Source: Trichormus sp. ATA11-4-KO1
GTDB taxonomy: Bacteria; Cyanobacteriota; Cyanobacteriia; Cyanobacteriales; Nostocaceae
Direction: 5' to 3'
NCBI GenBank assembly: GCA_019358915.1
Contig: JAHHIM010000035.1
Coordinates: forward strand, 1 to 45,386
DNA: 45,386 nucleotides
The position numbers were made by a program, and so were the translations under genes. Positions 20,785-30,529 of the stretch are shown here, one piece after another; position 1 is the stretch's first letter; each line of letters starts with the position of its first letter. The notes under the pieces were generated by a model. That model saw only the letters and a list, made by a program, of their open reading frames with translations, ran no database searches and had not been told where the DNA came from.

Positions 20785-21174
20785 ATGTCTTTTGAATATC
20801 CTCAGGATTTCCGATACCTGGATACTCATGAATACGTGCGGCTAGATGGTGAAATTGCCACTATTGGCATTACTGAGTTTGCTGTAGACCAAATGGGTGA
20901 TGTCGTCTTTTTGGAACTACCAGAAATTGGTGACTTAGTTACCAAGGGAGAAACTTTTGGCACAATTGAATCTGTGAAAGCCGTTGAAGACCTGAGTTCA
21001 CCAATCACCGGCACAGTTATAGAACGCAATGAAGCTTTGATTGAATCTCCTGAAGAAGTGGCAGACGACCCCTATGGTGAAGGCTGGTTCTTAAAGGTGC
21101 GTATTAATGACCCCGATGAAGTGTTGGATGCCTTGACTGCGGATGAGTATCGCGCCCAGGTAGAGGGAGAGTAA
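20785..21174 (+). CDS. gcvH: Glycine cleavage system H protein
   Basis: Lipoyl motif IESVKAV; DPYGEGW. Confidence 0.97.
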   Translation: MSFEYPQDFRYLDTHEYVRLDGEIATIGITEFAVDQMGDVVFLELPEIGDLVTKGETFGTIESVKAVEDLSSPITGTVIERNEALIESPEEVADDPYGEGWFLKVRINDPDEVLDALTADEYRAQVEGE

Positions 21175-21406
21175 GGGGATGAGGGGGATGAGGGGGGGGA
21201 TGAGGGGGAATAATTCTTAATTGGCTTCCTCATCTTCCCCTGCTTCCTCATCTTCCCTTACGAATCAGTAATGAAATATAAAACGCCTTATGTGAGATGG
21301 GGTAGCAAAAAAGAAAGGGAAACCACAAGATAAAGGTAACGACACCAAAGCTTGAGGTCTGCCAATGAATATGGTAGACGGTTCGACGCCCGGAGATGAA
21401 TTAGCT

Positions 21407-22195
21407 CTACTTCAATCCTGATACAATTCCACCACCTCTGTAAACGGCGGGATAACTGTTTCCATACACTTCAGGGTTAAGTAGCACTTGTGCACCTACA
21501 ATCATATCTGTAGTACTGGGTGTTAATGGTGCATCACAGGCAATGCGCTGGTAGATTGCGACTCTTTGTTCATTAGCTGTTGTTATGACACTCAAGGCAA
21601 TAGTTCCATCCGATGGTGTCACAATTTCTATACCAGCAGTTGGACGACGTGTACCTAAGCTGCTAGGGGCAACTCCTGCAAGGCTCCTGCTGGCTACATC
21701 AACATAGCCAATAATTTGATGCTGAAATGAGCTTAGATAAATCGGACCTCTATGAAACTTCACTTCAGTAAAAAAGCTTTCAGGGTAAGTCTGAATATAA
21801 GTAATTGCGCCCTTTGTTGAATCGTATTCAGCTACAGTGACTGGACCTACTGCTTCTGGCACAATGTTTCTTTGTACGCCTTCGCTACTGTTTAGAGTTA
21901 CTGCTTCGCGAACTGGGGAGTAATAGGGCTTTGCATTCTTCGGGTATCGAAGGCTATCAAGAGCAAAGTTCTCAAAAGCCGTTCCCATCGTGTTAGCGTC
22001 CAACGCAAATCCCAGTCTTGATCCTCGCAATTCGATATCATTTTTCGTTAAAGAGTTGCCTAAACCAGCGCATGAGCGTGCATTAATTGTACTCTGAGGT
22101 TCTACTGCTAGTGAAGAATAACTCGCGACAACCTGAGAACCTAACATCCCAATAAGCAAAGGCGAAACAATGCGGTAATTCAGAAGCTTCAGCAT
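21407..22195 (-). CDS. Predicted secreted protein with PD-(D/E)XK-like motifs (cargo)
   Basis: 262 aa; hydrophobic N-terminus ending SLA; GTAFENFAL...VPEAV...FTEVK...HQIIGYVD. Confidence 0.7.
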   Translation of the reverse strand: MLKLLNYRIVSPLLIGMLGSQVVASYSSLAVEPQSTINARSCAGLGNSLTKNDIELRGSRLGFALDANTMGTAFENFALDSLRYPKNAKPYYSPVREAVTLNSSEGVQRNIVPEAVGPVTVAEYDSTKGAITYIQTYPESFFTEVKFHRGPIYLSSFQHQIIGYVDVASRSLAGVAPSSLGTRRPTAGIEIVTPSDGTIALSVITTANEQRVAIYQRIACDAPLTPSTTDMIVGAQVLLNPEVYGNSYPAVYRGGGIVSGLK

Positions 22196-22335
22196 CTTAT
22201 GTCTACAATTCTACAGTCAAGGCTTTTGTGATGATAAAGCAATTTGTGCCAAAACCTCTCCCGGCATTTAACACATATCGCCTAATTCAGAGCTTTCCTT
22301 TCACGCAAAGGAAGAGAACGGCTGATTGGTAGACT

Positions 22336-22746
22336 TCACTCACTCTTTTTCTTTGCTTTCAATTCTCTCAACACTTTGATCGCTCTTTCATCTTCTCTCC
22401 TAAGCTCTTCGTCTGTTTTTACTTCTGGAGCCAATTCAACCTCTTTCAATCTCTTTCTTTCTTTTTCTGCTGCTTCTCTCTCTTTTGGTGTCTTTCTTGC
22501 CATGTCACGCGCAAACGCATCGGCTTGTTCTTGCCGAGCTTTTCTCTCCATTTCTTCTATCTGCTTTAATACATTGTCAGGCAATCTAATTTCATTATTG
22601 CTTGAACCTTTGTTTGAGTTTTGTGCCATTAATTTAGCCTCGCTACTTGCTAAGGTGGTTGTGTTTGAAGAATTAGAGTGACAAAATATTACAACTGAAG
22701 CAATGGCTAAGGGCAATGCTAGCTTGCTGGACTCTAAAATCGACAT
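22336..22746 (-). CDS. Predicted secreted, highly charged helical protein (cargo)
   Basis: 136 aa; hydrophobic N-terminus, 'LMAQ' mature-start pattern, E/K/R-rich body. Confidence 0.7.
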   Translation of the reverse strand: MSILESSKLALPLAIASVVIFCHSNSSNTTTLASSEAKLMAQNSNKGSSNNEIRLPDNVLKQIEEMERKARQEQADAFARDMARKTPKEREAAEKERKRLKEVELAPEVKTDEELRREDERAIKVLRELKAKKKSE

Positions 22747-22899
22747 AGATTCTGTCCGTTTGAGGGAATGTGAGCATATTTATCATACTGCATCTATATT
22801 CTTCTGCTTAAGTGAAATTATTCAGTAGGTAAACTTTTCAAAACCTTCCAGTCTGTAACCATTGATAGGGACTTCCAAAAAATAAAATATCCCATACAA

Positions 22900-22918
22900 G
22901 ATAATGATAATCATTGTG
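22900..22918. promoter_or_regulatory. Fur-family (Fur/Zur) box-like site
   Basis: GATAATGATAATCATTGTG matches the classic Fur consensus GATAATGATAATCATTATC at 17/19. Confidence 0.5.
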
Positions 22919-23240
22919 TGGGGGATGTAAGCGGCTGCCATCGGCAGCCGCTTCCTTCCCCCTTTTGTAGTTTCTGAAGTGGTATCTAAAACTTGAGAAA
23001 TCATCTCACCCTCTCTTTGTGAGTGTATGATTTTATGTTACTTGTTTATTTCAGGCGATCGCATAGCTATAGACTTCTTGTTATCAAGGGAAAATCTGAG
23101 CAACGACATCTGTTACTCAGATTTGTTAGTGCTGTTCTCTGTCTGTAAGTAACTACATCGCCAATTATCGAAATTTCGCCAAATCTGCAAACTCAAGTTG
23201 AGCCAAAATTTCAAGTTATACTGAAGTTGACTTAAGGCGT

Positions 23241-23334
23241 ATAACGGTACATAACGATAGCCTTTTTGCTGATACCAGTCATCTACTAGCACAAAAATTG
23301 TGGTCAACAGGGTCGAACCGTCTACCATATTCAT
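23241..23334 (-). pseudogene. IS982-family transposase N-terminal remnant
   Basis: MNMVDGSTLLTTIFVLVDDWYQQKGYRYVPL (I(F/Y)xxVDD motif); similarity ends at an IS-end-like sequence at 23240. Confidence 0.75.
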
Positions 23335-23498
23335 TGGCAGACCTCAAGCTTTGGTGTCGTTACCTTTATCTTGTGGCTTCCCTTTCCTTTTTGCCACCCC
23401 ATCTCACATAGGGCGTATAAATGAATTAATTAAGCGACTGCCACTTGTCAAGAGTATTTGTTGCAAAATATTAAATAGTTACGTCTGGAGTTCAAGCT

Positions 23499-26426
23499 GT
23501 GGTATCTTTCGCCCCTATTCCTCAATCAAGCCATCAACAGATGCTGAGTGAAAGGAGTCTAGAGTCAAGTAATTTCGCACAACGACATATTGGCCCTAAC
23601 TCTGATGAAATCCAGCAAATGCTTGAAGTTTTGGGTTTTCCCAGTCTGGACTCCCTCATCGAGAAAACAGTACCGCAGACTATCCGGCTAAATAAAACGC
23701 TGAAGTTACCGACAGCACAAAGTGAGTATGCAGCACTGGCAAAGTTAAAACAAATTGCTGCTAAAAATCAGGTGTGTCGTTCATATATTGGGATGGGGTA
23801 TTACGATTGCATTACCCCTCCTGTAATTGGACGTAATATCCTGGAAAATCCTGGTTGGTATACAGCCTACACTCCTTATCAGCCAGAAATTGCTCAAGGG
23901 CGACTGGAAGCACTGCTGAATTTCCAGACGATGATTATCGACCTCACAGGTTTGGAAATTGCCAATGCTTCATTACTCGATGAAGCCACAGCAGCAGCAG
24001 AAGCAATGAGTCTCAGTTATGGTGTTTGCAAAACTCAGGCAAATGCTTATTTTGTTGCTCGTGATTGTCATCCCCAAACTATTGATGTGTTGCAGACACG
24101 AGCTAAACCCTTGGGGATTAACATCATTGTCGGCGACCATCAGACATTTGATTTTGCTCAACCGATTTTTGGGGCAGTTCTACAATATCCTGCTAGTGAT
24201 GGCACTATTTACGACTACCGTGCTTTTATTGAAAAAGCCCATGCTGAGGGTGCATTGGTGACGGTAGCAGCAGACCCCTTAAGCTTAACTTTGCTCACAC
24301 CACCCGGCGAATTTGGTGCGGATATTGCTGTAGGTAGTACTCAACGCTTCGGCATTCCCTTGGGGTTTGGAGGGCCTCACGCCGCTTACTTTGCCACGAA
24401 AGAAGAGTATAAACGGCAGGTTCCAGGGCGAATTGTGGGAGTATCTAAAGATGCTCAGGGTAAGCCTGCATTACGTCTGGCTTTGCAAACCCGTGAACAG
24501 CATATCCGCCGTGAAAAAGCTACTAGTAATATTTGTACTGCCCAGGTGTTGTTAGCAGTCATGGCCAGTATGTACGCAGTTTACCATGGTGCTGCTGGAC
24601 TCAAGGCGATCGCCGAAAACATCCATCAACTCACTCTAACTTTAGCAGCAGGATTGCAGCGACTGGGTTATGGCATCAGTTCCGAAAATTTCTTTGATAC
24701 TCTGCGAGTAGAGTTAGGTACACACTCTGTAAAAGCAATCCTTGATGCTTGTCAAGCGCGAAATATTAACTTACGGATTTTTGATGCTACGGCTGTGGGT
24801 ATCTCCCTAGATGAAACTACTACACCAGAAGATTTAATTGACCTCTGGCAAATTTTCGCAGGTACAGATAATCTCCTGTTCACCATAGAAGAGTTAACTT
24901 CACCCTCATCTTCCCACCTCCCCCTTCTCCGCACCAGCAGCTATCTCACCCATCCCGTCTTTAACCGCTACCATTCAGAAACTGAGTTGTTGCGGTATCT
25001 GCATCAGCTAGAAACTAAGGACTTATCCCTAACTACATCCATGATTCCCTTGGGTTCATGCACAATGAAGTTGAATGCAACGGCGGAGATGATTCCTGTT
25101 ACTTGGGAAGAATTTGGCAAGATTCATCCATTTGCCCCATTTTCTCAAACGCGGGGTTATCAAATTCTGTTCCAGCAACTTGAGGCGTGGTTAGCTGAAA
25201 TTACTGGATTTGCGGGAATTTCTCTACAACCAAATGCTGGTTCTCAAGGCGAATACACAGGACTTTTAGTGATTCGGCAATATCACGAAAGTCGTGGGGA
25301 AGGACACCGTAATGTTTGTTTGATTCCTACCTCAGCACACGGAACCAATCCGGCGAGTGCGGTAATGTGTGGGATGAAGGTAGTTACCGTTGCTTGTGAT
25401 GCGGCAGGTAATATTGATGTTGATGATTTAACAGCGAAGGCAGAAAAGCATAAGTTAGAATTGGCAGCCTTGATGGTGACATATCCTTCAACTCACGGTG
25501 TATTTGAGGAAGCAATTCAGGAAATCTGCGCTGTGGTGCATGATCACGGTGGACAAGTTTATCTGGATGGGGCAAATATGAATGCCCAAGTAGGTATTTG
25601 TCGTCCTGGTGATATTGGGGCGGATGTCTGTCATTTAAATTTGCACAAAACTTTTTGTATTCCCCATGGTGGCGGTGGCCCTGGTATGGGGCCCATTGGT
25701 GTAGCTGCTCATTTAGTGCCGTTTCTTCCTAGACACCCAGTTATACGCACAACTCAGCACTCAGCACTCAGCACTCAGCACTCTCATATTGGCGCGATCG
25801 CAGCTGCGCCTTGGGGTAGTGCTAGTATTTTGGTGATTTCTTGGATGTATATTGCCATGATGGGTGCGGCTGGTTTGACCCAAGCAACTAAGGTGGCAAT
25901 TCTCAATGCTAATTACATCGCCCACAGACTAAGTACTTACTATCCTGTTCTGTATAAAGGCAAAAATGATTTAGTTGCCCATGAATGTATTTTAGATTTG
26001 CGATTGCTGAAAAAATCTGCGGGTATCGAAATTGATGATATTGCCAAACGGCTGATAGATTATGGTTTCCATGCACCAACTGTTTCTTGGCCTGTGGCGG
26101 GTACTATCATGGTGGAACCGACAGAAAGCGAATCAAAAGCAGAATTAGATCGTTTTTGTGAGGCGATGATTGCTATTCGTGGGGAAGTTGCGGAAATTGA
26201 ATCTGGCAAGATGGATGTTCAAGATAATGTTTTGAAGAATGCACCTCACACTGCTGAAAGTCTGATTGCTGGGGAATGGAATCATCTTTATTCTCGTGAA
26301 CAAGCTGCTTATCCTGCGCCTTGGACTCGTGAACATAAGTTCTGGCCTAGTGTGGGCAGAATTGATGCGGCTTTTGGTGATCGGAATTTTGTTTGTTCTT
26401 GTCTGCCTATGGATACTTATCAGTAG
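23499..26426 (+). CDS. gcvP: Glycine dehydrogenase (decarboxylating), P protein
   Basis: 975 aa; [24 protein letters not shown] and PLP-lysine HLNLHKTF motifs. Confidence 0.97.
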   Translation: MVSFAPIPQSSHQQMLSERSLESSNFAQRHIGPNSDEIQQMLEVLGFPSLDSLIEKTVPQTIRLNKTLKLPTAQSEYAALAKLKQIAAKNQVCRSYIGMGYYDCITPPVIGRNILENPGWYTAYTPYQPEIAQGRLEALLNFQTMIIDLTGLEIANASLLDEATAAAEAMSLSYGVCKTQANAYFVARDCHPQTIDVLQTRAKPLGINIIVGDHQTFDFAQPIFGAVLQYPASDGTIYDYRAFIEKAHAEGALVTVAADPLSLTLLTPPGEFGADIAVGSTQRFGIPLGFGGPHAAYFATKEEYKRQVPGRIVGVSKDAQGKPALRLALQTREQHIRREKATSNICTAQVLLAVMASMYAVYHGAAGLKAIAENIHQLTLTLAAGLQRLGYGISSENFFDTLRVELGTHSVKAILDACQARNINLRIFDATAVGISLDETTTPEDLIDLWQIFAGTDNLLFTIEELTSPSSSHLPLLRTSSYLTHPVFNRYHSETELLRYLHQLETKDLSLTTSMIPLGSCTMKLNATAEMIPVTWEEFGKIHPFAPFSQTRGYQILFQQLEAWLAEITGFAGISLQPNAGSQGEYTGLLVIRQYHESRGEGHRNVCLIPTSAHGTNPASAVMCGMKVVTVACDAAGNIDVDDLTAKAEKHKLELAALMVTYPSTHGVFEEAIQEICAVVHDHGGQVYLDGANMNAQVGICRPGDIGADVCHLNLHKTFCIPHGGGGPGMGPIGVAAHLVPFLPRHPVIRTTQHSALSTQHSHIGAIAAAPWGSASILVISWMYIAMMGAAGLTQATKVAILNANYIAHRLSTYYPVLYKGKNDLVAHECILDLRLLKKSAGIEIDDIAKRLIDYGFHAPTVSWPVAGTIMVEPTESESKAELDRFCEAMIAIRGEVAEIESGKMDVQDNVLKNAPHTAESLIAGEWNHLYSREQAAYPAPWTREHKFWPSVGRIDAAFGDRNFVCSCLPMDTYQ

Positions 26427-26585
26427 AAAAGTGGGCGATCGCCTTTGGTGGGCTATGTATGTTAGGGGCGATCGCGCATTTTTGCCAAGATTTAAGCATC
26501 AAACCGCAAAAGACGCGCAGGAAGAAATATTCAAGAAGAAGTGCTGTTGAGGTCAGAGAGAAAATTGGTGGTGGTCACTGAGCAG

Positions 26586-26642
26586 TTCGACAAGAGTTCG
26601 GCGAAGGCTACTTCGACAAGGCTCAGTACAAGTCACTCGAGC
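26586..26642. repeat. Short dispersed repeat, copy 2 (identical to 6094-6150)
   Basis: 57-bp identity; local flanks TGAGCAG / CTGCTCA are inverted. Confidence 0.9.
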
Positions 26643-26730
26643 TGCTCACTGTATCACCTGTCGAAGTGGGGATTTAAACCCGTTTGGCAAGAAGAAAGAA
26701 GACTTCTTCCTTCTTCCTTCTGACTTGAAA

Positions 26731-26827
26731 GTGCTGAGTGCTAAGTGCTGAGTGCTGAGTAAAAATCCCAGTCCCCATTGCCCCTTATCCCCAGAGGGGG
26801 CACCGAGTTCCCCAGTCCCTAGTCCCT
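26731..26827. repeat. STRR heptamer arrays (GTGCTGA; TCCCCAG-like) with short insert
   Basis: GTGCT(G/A)A x4, then CCCAGTCCCCATTGCCCC..., with GAGGGGGCACCGAGT embedded. Confidence 0.75.
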
Positions 26828-26913
26828 CTTTCATACTTGGCTGTGAAACTCGTTTCATTGGGACTTCCCTCTTCCTTCCTTAACTCATGCTTCTGCGCCA
26901 AATCATTTCGCGA

Positions 26914-27264
26914 TTATTTTTTTTGTCGGATTCCAGTTTCTGAATCTTTAGGCATCATTGCTCCTGCTCGCTTACCACTTTCGATATAATTACTTTCAGC
27001 TTCTGGTGTCTTGATAATAACTTTTTCTTTCTTTCGGTCTTTAGTTGAATAGTAAGGTTTGGCAGGCTCTTTTTGTACTAAAATTCTCCGTTCCTTAGTA
27101 ATATAATAGGGCTGAGATATTTCTACATTGTGGCTTTTATCTGAATAATAACCAGCCGCTTGAGTTGAACTGGTGGGTAAGCTGATAAACCAAACTAAAC
27201 CAGTTAGCAATATTATCGAGATTTGGCGACGCAATTGATTAAAGATTTTGTTGTTTTCCAACAT
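26914..27264 (-). CDS. Hypothetical secreted protein
   Basis: 116 aa; AGGAG RBS; signal peptide ending TQA; PYY.TK.R motif twice. Confidence 0.75.
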   Translation of the reverse strand: MLENNKIFNQLRRQISIILLTGLVWFISLPTSSTQAAGYYSDKSHNVEISQPYYITKERRILVQKEPAKPYYSTKDRKKEKVIIKTPEAESNYIESGKRAGAMMPKDSETGIRQKK

Positions 27265-27655
27265 GGTAAAAATTGTCTCCTAGGTTTTTAATAAATGCTT
27301 GAATATTAGAAAATTCTTGATTGAACTAACGTCTTCCTCTAGGCTGGTTACCTATATATAAAAAGTACTGGATATGTTGACGGTAATCTTTTTATCACCG
27401 TCAGTGCTGAGTGCTGAGTAAATTAAAAAGTACTCAGTACTTATGTATTTAGTAAAAGCCTGCCCTTTGTAGTCACTGAGCGGCTCGAAGTGTGGATGGT
27501 CTTTCAACTCAGCACTTTGCTATAAATCATTTTTTTGAGAATTCCTGTGAGATTTCAGCTTAAAATAACTAAGTCAAACTTAAAAACCAGCTTAATCTCA
27601 GTATTTAGAGTTATAAATCTTAAAACTTGCCATACTGAGAAAATCGGGCAAAATT

Positions 27656-28696
27656 ATGGCTACAAAAATTCCTGTCACAGTCATCACAGGCTTCTTAGGT
27701 AGTGGTAAAACCAGCCTAATTCGTCATTTACTACAAAACAACCAAGGTCGCCGTATTGCGGTGTTAGTCAACGAGTTTGGCGAACTCGGTATTGATGGTG
27801 AATTATTGAAATCCTGTCAGATTTGCCCCGAAGAAGATGACGGTGGGGGTAATATTTTTGAACTAACTAACGGTTGCTTATGCTGCACCGTACAGGAAGA
27901 GTTTTATCCCACAATGCAACAGTTAATCAAGCGGCGAGATAGCATTGACTGCATTTTGATTGAAACTTCTGGTTTGGCTTTACCAAAACCGTTGGTAAAA
28001 GCTTTTCGCTGGCAAGAAATTCGCGCCGCCGCCACGGTGGATGCCGTGATTACCGTAGTAGACTGTGCAGCAGTAGCAACAGGAACATTTGCCAGTGATC
28101 CTGAAGCGATCGCCGCCCAACGGCAAGCAGATGATAGCCTAGAACACGAAACACCTTTGCAAGAGCTATTTGCAGACCAGCTTGCTTGTGCAGATTTGGT
28201 GGTGTTGAATAAAACTGACCTGGTGGATGCTGAGACAAAAACTCAAGTTGAGGAATGGATTAAGCAAGAGTTGCCTAGAGTTGTGAAGATTGTGGAAAGC
28301 GATCGCGGGACACTTGATACCTCTATCTTATTAGGATTCCAAGCCGCAGTTGAAGATGATTTAGATAGTCGCCCCTGTCATCACGACACTGAAGAAGACC
28401 ACGACCACGACGAAGAAATTACCTCAACTCACCTGATTTTAGATCGTGCCTTTGATCCAGAAAAACTACAACAACAGTTGCAAACACTAGCACATCAACA
28501 AGAAATTTACCGAATTAAAGGTTTTGTCGCAGTACCTAACAAACCTATGCGCCTAGTGATGCAAGGCGTAGGAACCCGATTCGATAAATTCTATGATCGT
28601 CCCTGGCAACCACAAGAAGCAAGACAAACCCGCTTAGTTTTCATTGGGCGTGATTTAAAATCCTTAGAAATAGAATCGCAATTGGTAGCCTTATAA
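27656..28696 (+). CDS. cobW: Cobalamin biosynthesis protein CobW (COG0523 GTPase)
   Basis: GFLGSGKT, NEFG, GCLCCTVQEEF, ETSGLALP, NKTD and His-rich linker. Confidence 0.93.
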   Translation: MATKIPVTVITGFLGSGKTSLIRHLLQNNQGRRIAVLVNEFGELGIDGELLKSCQICPEEDDGGGNIFELTNGCLCCTVQEEFYPTMQQLIKRRDSIDCILIETSGLALPKPLVKAFRWQEIRAAATVDAVITVVDCAAVATGTFASDPEAIAAQRQADDSLEHETPLQELFADQLACADLVVLNKTDLVDAETKTQVEEWIKQELPRVVKIVESDRGTLDTSILLGFQAAVEDDLDSRPCHHDTEEDHDHDEEITSTHLILDRAFDPEKLQQQLQTLAHQQEIYRIKGFVAVPNKPMRLVMQGVGTRFDKFYDRPWQPQEARQTRLVFIGRDLKSLEIESQLVAL

Positions 28697-28733
28697 TTTT
28701 TCTGGATATTTTCAACTCTTCCTGTTCTTTGTA

Positions 28734-28775
28734 TCTTTGTGGTGAAAAGACTTTTGAACCACAAAGGCACAAAGA
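28734..28775. terminator. Hairpin between convergent cobW and downstream gene
   Basis: CTTTGTGGT...ACCACAAAG stem; related hairpin at 42081-42125. Confidence 0.5.
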
Positions 28776-28789
28776 ATGAGCGAGCATTA

Positions 28790-29398
28790 CTAGCGCTGAT
28801 TAACGTTAGCCTCTAGAGTTTTGACCTGGGTTTGTAGTTCTTCAATTCTTTGCATTTGCAGATTTGAACGCTCTAGCGAATAACCAAACCAGAGAAAACT
28901 ACCACCAAACAAGGTAACGACTCCAGCCAAAATACCAGTGAGCAATTTTACCTGGGAGCGAAGATGTTTTACTTCCTGAATTTGATACTGGGTTTTGGCA
29001 AGGGAATTGAAGCTTGTATCTGGATTCTCTAAAACTAATTGTGTTGGTGCTGTTTTGGGTTTCTTTGTGCTTTTGAAAGCCACTTTGCTATGGAGCCAGT
29101 CAGTAATTAACTCAGGACAATTCTTCTTGAACCAGCGCCAAGCTAAAATTTTAAAGACTGGCTTAGATGTCTTGGAAATTAATTTCAGGGTTCTATTAAG
29201 AGTTCGAGAACGAAATCTTTGATTAATCAGATTAATTGACCCTACATCATAGAGATAATCTAAGATGAGTTTAACTGTAATTTCTTCTCTATAAATTAAA
29301 TTTTCTAGCGACAAAAGAACGTCATGCATAAGTTGTTCTTCTCTGCGCTTCTCTTGCACAGATTTTGTCTCATTTGATGTTTTTGTGGGCTTATACAT
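28790..29398 (-). CDS. Conserved hypothetical membrane protein
   Basis: Start placed at ATG 29398; LYDVGSINLINQ and AWRWFKKNCP motifs; C-terminal TM helix. Confidence 0.75.
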   Translation of the reverse strand: MYKPTKTSNETKSVQEKRREEQLMHDVLLSLENLIYREEITVKLILDYLYDVGSINLINQRFRSRTLNRTLKLISKTSKPVFKILAWRWFKKNCPELITDWLHSKVAFKSTKKPKTAPTQLVLENPDTSFNSLAKTQYQIQEVKHLRSQVKLLTGILAGVVTLFGGSFLWFGYSLERSNLQMQRIEELQTQVKTLEANVNQR

Positions 29399-29712
29399 AA
29401 ACTTTTTTTTGTGTGTAAATTTGGATTTTCTAAAAAATTTACATTTAATTGTACAAACTTCAATAAATCCCAATAACAACTAAGAACAGATCAAAGCACA
29501 TAAAGCCGGATTACTGGAAAACCCTTTGTGCTAATCTTCTTGGCAATTTACCTGCGATAGTAAAGGATGTGGGTATGAACGGCAAATTTATGCGATCGCA
29601 TCAACATAAAGAACTATCTAATTTAGCAAGTTCGCTTCTTTGTCGCTGATATGGCTATTATCTCACTTCCAGAATCAATTCTGTATTTATCTTCAATAAA
29701 TACAGTTAACAA

Positions 29713-29751
29713 TAGCAAAAGGCAAAAGTACGTTTCACTTTTGCCTTTTGT
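29713..29751 (-). terminator. Terminator hairpin
   Basis: CAAAAGGCAAAAGT / ACTTTTGCCTTTTG inverted repeat just after stop at 29768. Confidence 0.65.
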
Positions 29752-29767
29752 TTGACAAATTATCGGA

Positions 29768-30529
29768 TTAGAAGCCAGTGAAGTTATAACCAACTCCTAA
29801 CAACAAACCGACATCAGTTTGGTCGAAAAATCCAGCATTTACAGAAGCTGTGGCTGTAAATTGAGGAGTTAGAGGAAAATCAACACCGCCAGATACTAAG
29901 AAGGCGGCTTGTGAGTCATCGCCAGTTTTAATGGCTGCACCTACTCCAATAAAAGGAGCGATCGCTAATGGTTCTGCAAATGGATCTGCTTGCTGTAAGG
30001 AAAAGTCGTAGCTTACGGGAAGCAGAATTGTCGTATTGTTACCAAACACGGCTGATGGTCTTACTGATATGGCATTTGTCAACCCAATTTTGCTGACAAC
30101 CGCAAAGTTGCCGTCACCCAAAGATGAGTCACCACCACCTAAACCAACATTACCAGCAACACCGATATAACTTCTACCGCCACGGGTAGGTCTACCTAGA
30201 TTAATATCCGCTTGTGCGACTTGAGTAGTAGTAGGTTGTTCAGTTGGTTCTGATTCAGCCGCAAGGGCTACCGATAAGGTTGATGCTGTCCCTGGTACAG
30301 GTGTGAGTGTTCGCCTTGCTAATTCCTGGTTAGCAGCGTCGGCAAACTGCTGTGAATCAATCAAATCCGTAGACGTTGCTGTTACCACAGGTTCAGCTAA
30401 CTGCTGATTGTCTACTGTTGTATTTACTGTTTCAGCAACAGCAGATAAACCACTACTTAAAACTGCAAGTGCAGCTAAACTGGGTAAGTAAAAAAAACTT
30501 GGGCGAAGAAAAGTAGTATTCACGTTCAC
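29768..30529 (-). CDS. Outer-membrane beta-barrel protein
   Basis: Signal peptide (AVA-E), alternating beta-strands, C-terminal GVGYNF; GTG start with AGGA. Confidence 0.75.
   Translation of the reverse strand: MNVNTTFLRPSFFYLPSLAALAVLSSGLSAVAETVNTTVDNQQLAEPVVTATSTDLIDSQQFADAANQELARRTLTPVPGTASTLSVALAAESEPTEQPTTTQVAQADINLGRPTRGGRSYIGVAGNVGLGGGDSSLGDGNFAVVSKIGLTNAISVRPSAVFGNNTTILLPVSYDFSLQQADPFAEPLAIAPFIGVGAAIKTGDDSQAAFLVSGGVDFPLTPQFTATASVNAGFFDQTDVGLLLGVGYNFTGF

Larger units (their letters stand above)
21283..23416. mobile_element. Non-autonomous cargo cassette bounded by inverted IS982-like ends
   Basis: 105-bp inverted repeats 21283-21387 and 23312-23416 (4 mismatches) starting ACGCC; ATAAA direct repeat at 21278-21282 and 23417-23421; lies between gcvH and gcvP. 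Confidence 0.88.

Noticed and set aside
23113..23334. 73-aa ORF as a real gene
   Set aside because: Only the first 31 or so codons are transposase-like; the rest is read-through across the junction at 23240.
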